A stretch of 52,438 nt of DNA, from NCBI GenBank assembly GCA_900550565.1, contig URSG01000004.1, forward strand, positions 1-52,438, given 5' to 3'. The DNA is from an uncultured Rickettsiales bacterium. GTDB taxonomy: Bacteria; Pseudomonadota; Alphaproteobacteria; Rs-D84. Positions within the stretch are counted from its first letter, which is position 1; each line of letters opens with the position of its first letter. Under the pieces are notes generated by a model. That model saw only the letters and a list, made by a program, of their open reading frames with translations, did not search any database and had not been told where the DNA came from. This document shows positions 52,301 through 52,438 of this stretch, one piece after another. Position numbers and translations under genes: made by a program.

Positions 52301-52378
52301 GTCACTGCGCCAAAACGCCAGAATTTCTTGTTCCAGCGTTGGAAAATCTGGTCGCGCATCGGTTTTTGGATATGCCAT
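49352..52378 (-). CDS. ileS: isoleucine--tRNA ligase, long type-2 (eukaryote-like) form
   Basis: PPFANGLPHWGHL (HIGH-type), KLSKS and the CP1 editing domain. Length 1008 aa. Confidence 0.96.
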   Translation of the reverse strand: MAYPKTDARPDFPTLEQEILAFWRSDDTFHKSLNKTKQGHPFSFYDGPPFANGLPHWGHLGVSAVKDMVARYQTMRGRYVVRELGWDCHGLPAESSVEKKQHRQAKDIVATDGIAAFCDMCRSDVMTYSNEWLKFIERIGRWVDGGDNYGYRTMDKNYMESVIWAIKELHNRGLLYKDYRVNPFDWKLGTVLSNSEASSEYQDVTDDAITVWFELENGDRALAWTTTPWTLPANSALAVNPDMKYLRMQDADGAVYVIAESRLAAYEKQFANATQIGVVSGRDLVGLKYKPLFDYYANTSDLLYQIIPADYVSDGDGTGIVHIAPAYGEDDFWAAKNIDPKFPVLLNVDDYGNYTPDVRDWAGENIFDANPKVIAHLRENGHLVKKEQHRHSYPYGPRSKEKLIYRATDSWYIDVPKIRNRLVEITKSQTKWTSAGDRFLTWIEGARPWSISRNRFWGTPLPIWTRDGEYKIFGSIAEIEEFFGVKINDLHRPTLDALEKDGWKRIPDVLDCWVESGSMPFASLHYPFENADKFAATFPADYIIEGQDQTRGWFYSLMVMATALFDAPAFRTVSANGMIVDEHKKKLSKSVGNFVNPEQQIEQSGADAIRLFILGSGFMKAEPVSIDMAGKVFSDATKTILTPLWNAYHFFTLYANAGGITANDSVANGNVLDKYIVAELNELIRVTGDALDEYKPDVAIKEFVRFLDILNNWYIRRSRERFWDEDVDAFNTLHYVLTTVCKCLAPFAPFISEYIYKNLTNNESVHLQSFPVATDTDDAIVRDMRRVQSVVSVGKQLREQYKLRNRLPISKITIAGSDLHTYAEIIADELNAKHIDFTPNISSVADSFVYLITPKIGARLGGALREIIPAVKQGAYEISGDKLIVGAHTLNADEFENRLTVLPGITGAALPDNTAVVVLDTEMNAELVAEGLANDALRFIQDSRKAAGLDVSDRIKLTYNADPALAAAIDAHRARIMSDALVVEMTRGDGEYETQIEGYAITIGIQKA

Positions 52379-52407
52379 TTTTTTCTTACCTTTGTTTTAC
52401 TATTATT

Positions 52408-52431
52408 AAAAAAAGGGGCGACACGCGCCCC
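52408..52431 (-). terminator. rho-independent terminator of an upstream minus-strand gene outside the window
   Basis: On the minus strand, GGGGCG-CGTGT-CGCCCC followed by TTTTTTT. Confidence 0.55.
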
Positions 52432-52438
52432 AGCCACC

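Overview
The window is mostly a housekeeping chromosomal segment. The gene content looks like an alphaproteobacterial, possibly Rickettsiales/Holosporales-like, intracellular bacterium, but that lineage call is inference only. Recognisable core genes are ftsQ, an ftsA ORF running in frame into rpe, tsaE, uvrB, asmA-like, aspS, pagL-like, ung, an HhH glycosylase, gyrB, lpxC, lpxK, DUF374, rpmJ, ychF, pheST, rplT, rpmI, mreCD, PBP2, rodA, topA, dnaG, nth and a type-2 ileS. There are also three tRNAs. Two visibly AT-rich accessory patches interrupt this backbone, each next to a tRNA 3' end. The first (~10.3-15.95 kb, beside tRNA-Thr) carries a KAP-family P-loop NTPase, a two-gene operon with a caspase-like (clan CD) peptidase, and small exported or membrane proteins. 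The second (~29.6-30.8 kb, beside tRNA-fMet) carries more small exported or membrane proteins. The most interesting signal is a candidate RNA family I cannot assign to any known class. Three transcription units each have a near-consensus sigma70 promoter with a 17-bp spacer and a predicted start at G of GAATCC. Each then encodes a ~200-220 nt structured RNA with mutually exclusive sequestrator, antiterminator and terminator helices, sitting just upstream of a signal-peptide or membrane ORF. Two copies are 100% identical over 221 nt, exactly from the predicted start to the terminator T-run. The third is diverged and shows compensatory base-pair changes. The window also holds a partial type IVb-pilus-like assembly module, an orphan virB3-virB4 pair, and an array of TTTCAACA motifs upstream of virB3. 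No CRISPR array, rRNA, transposase or integrase was seen.
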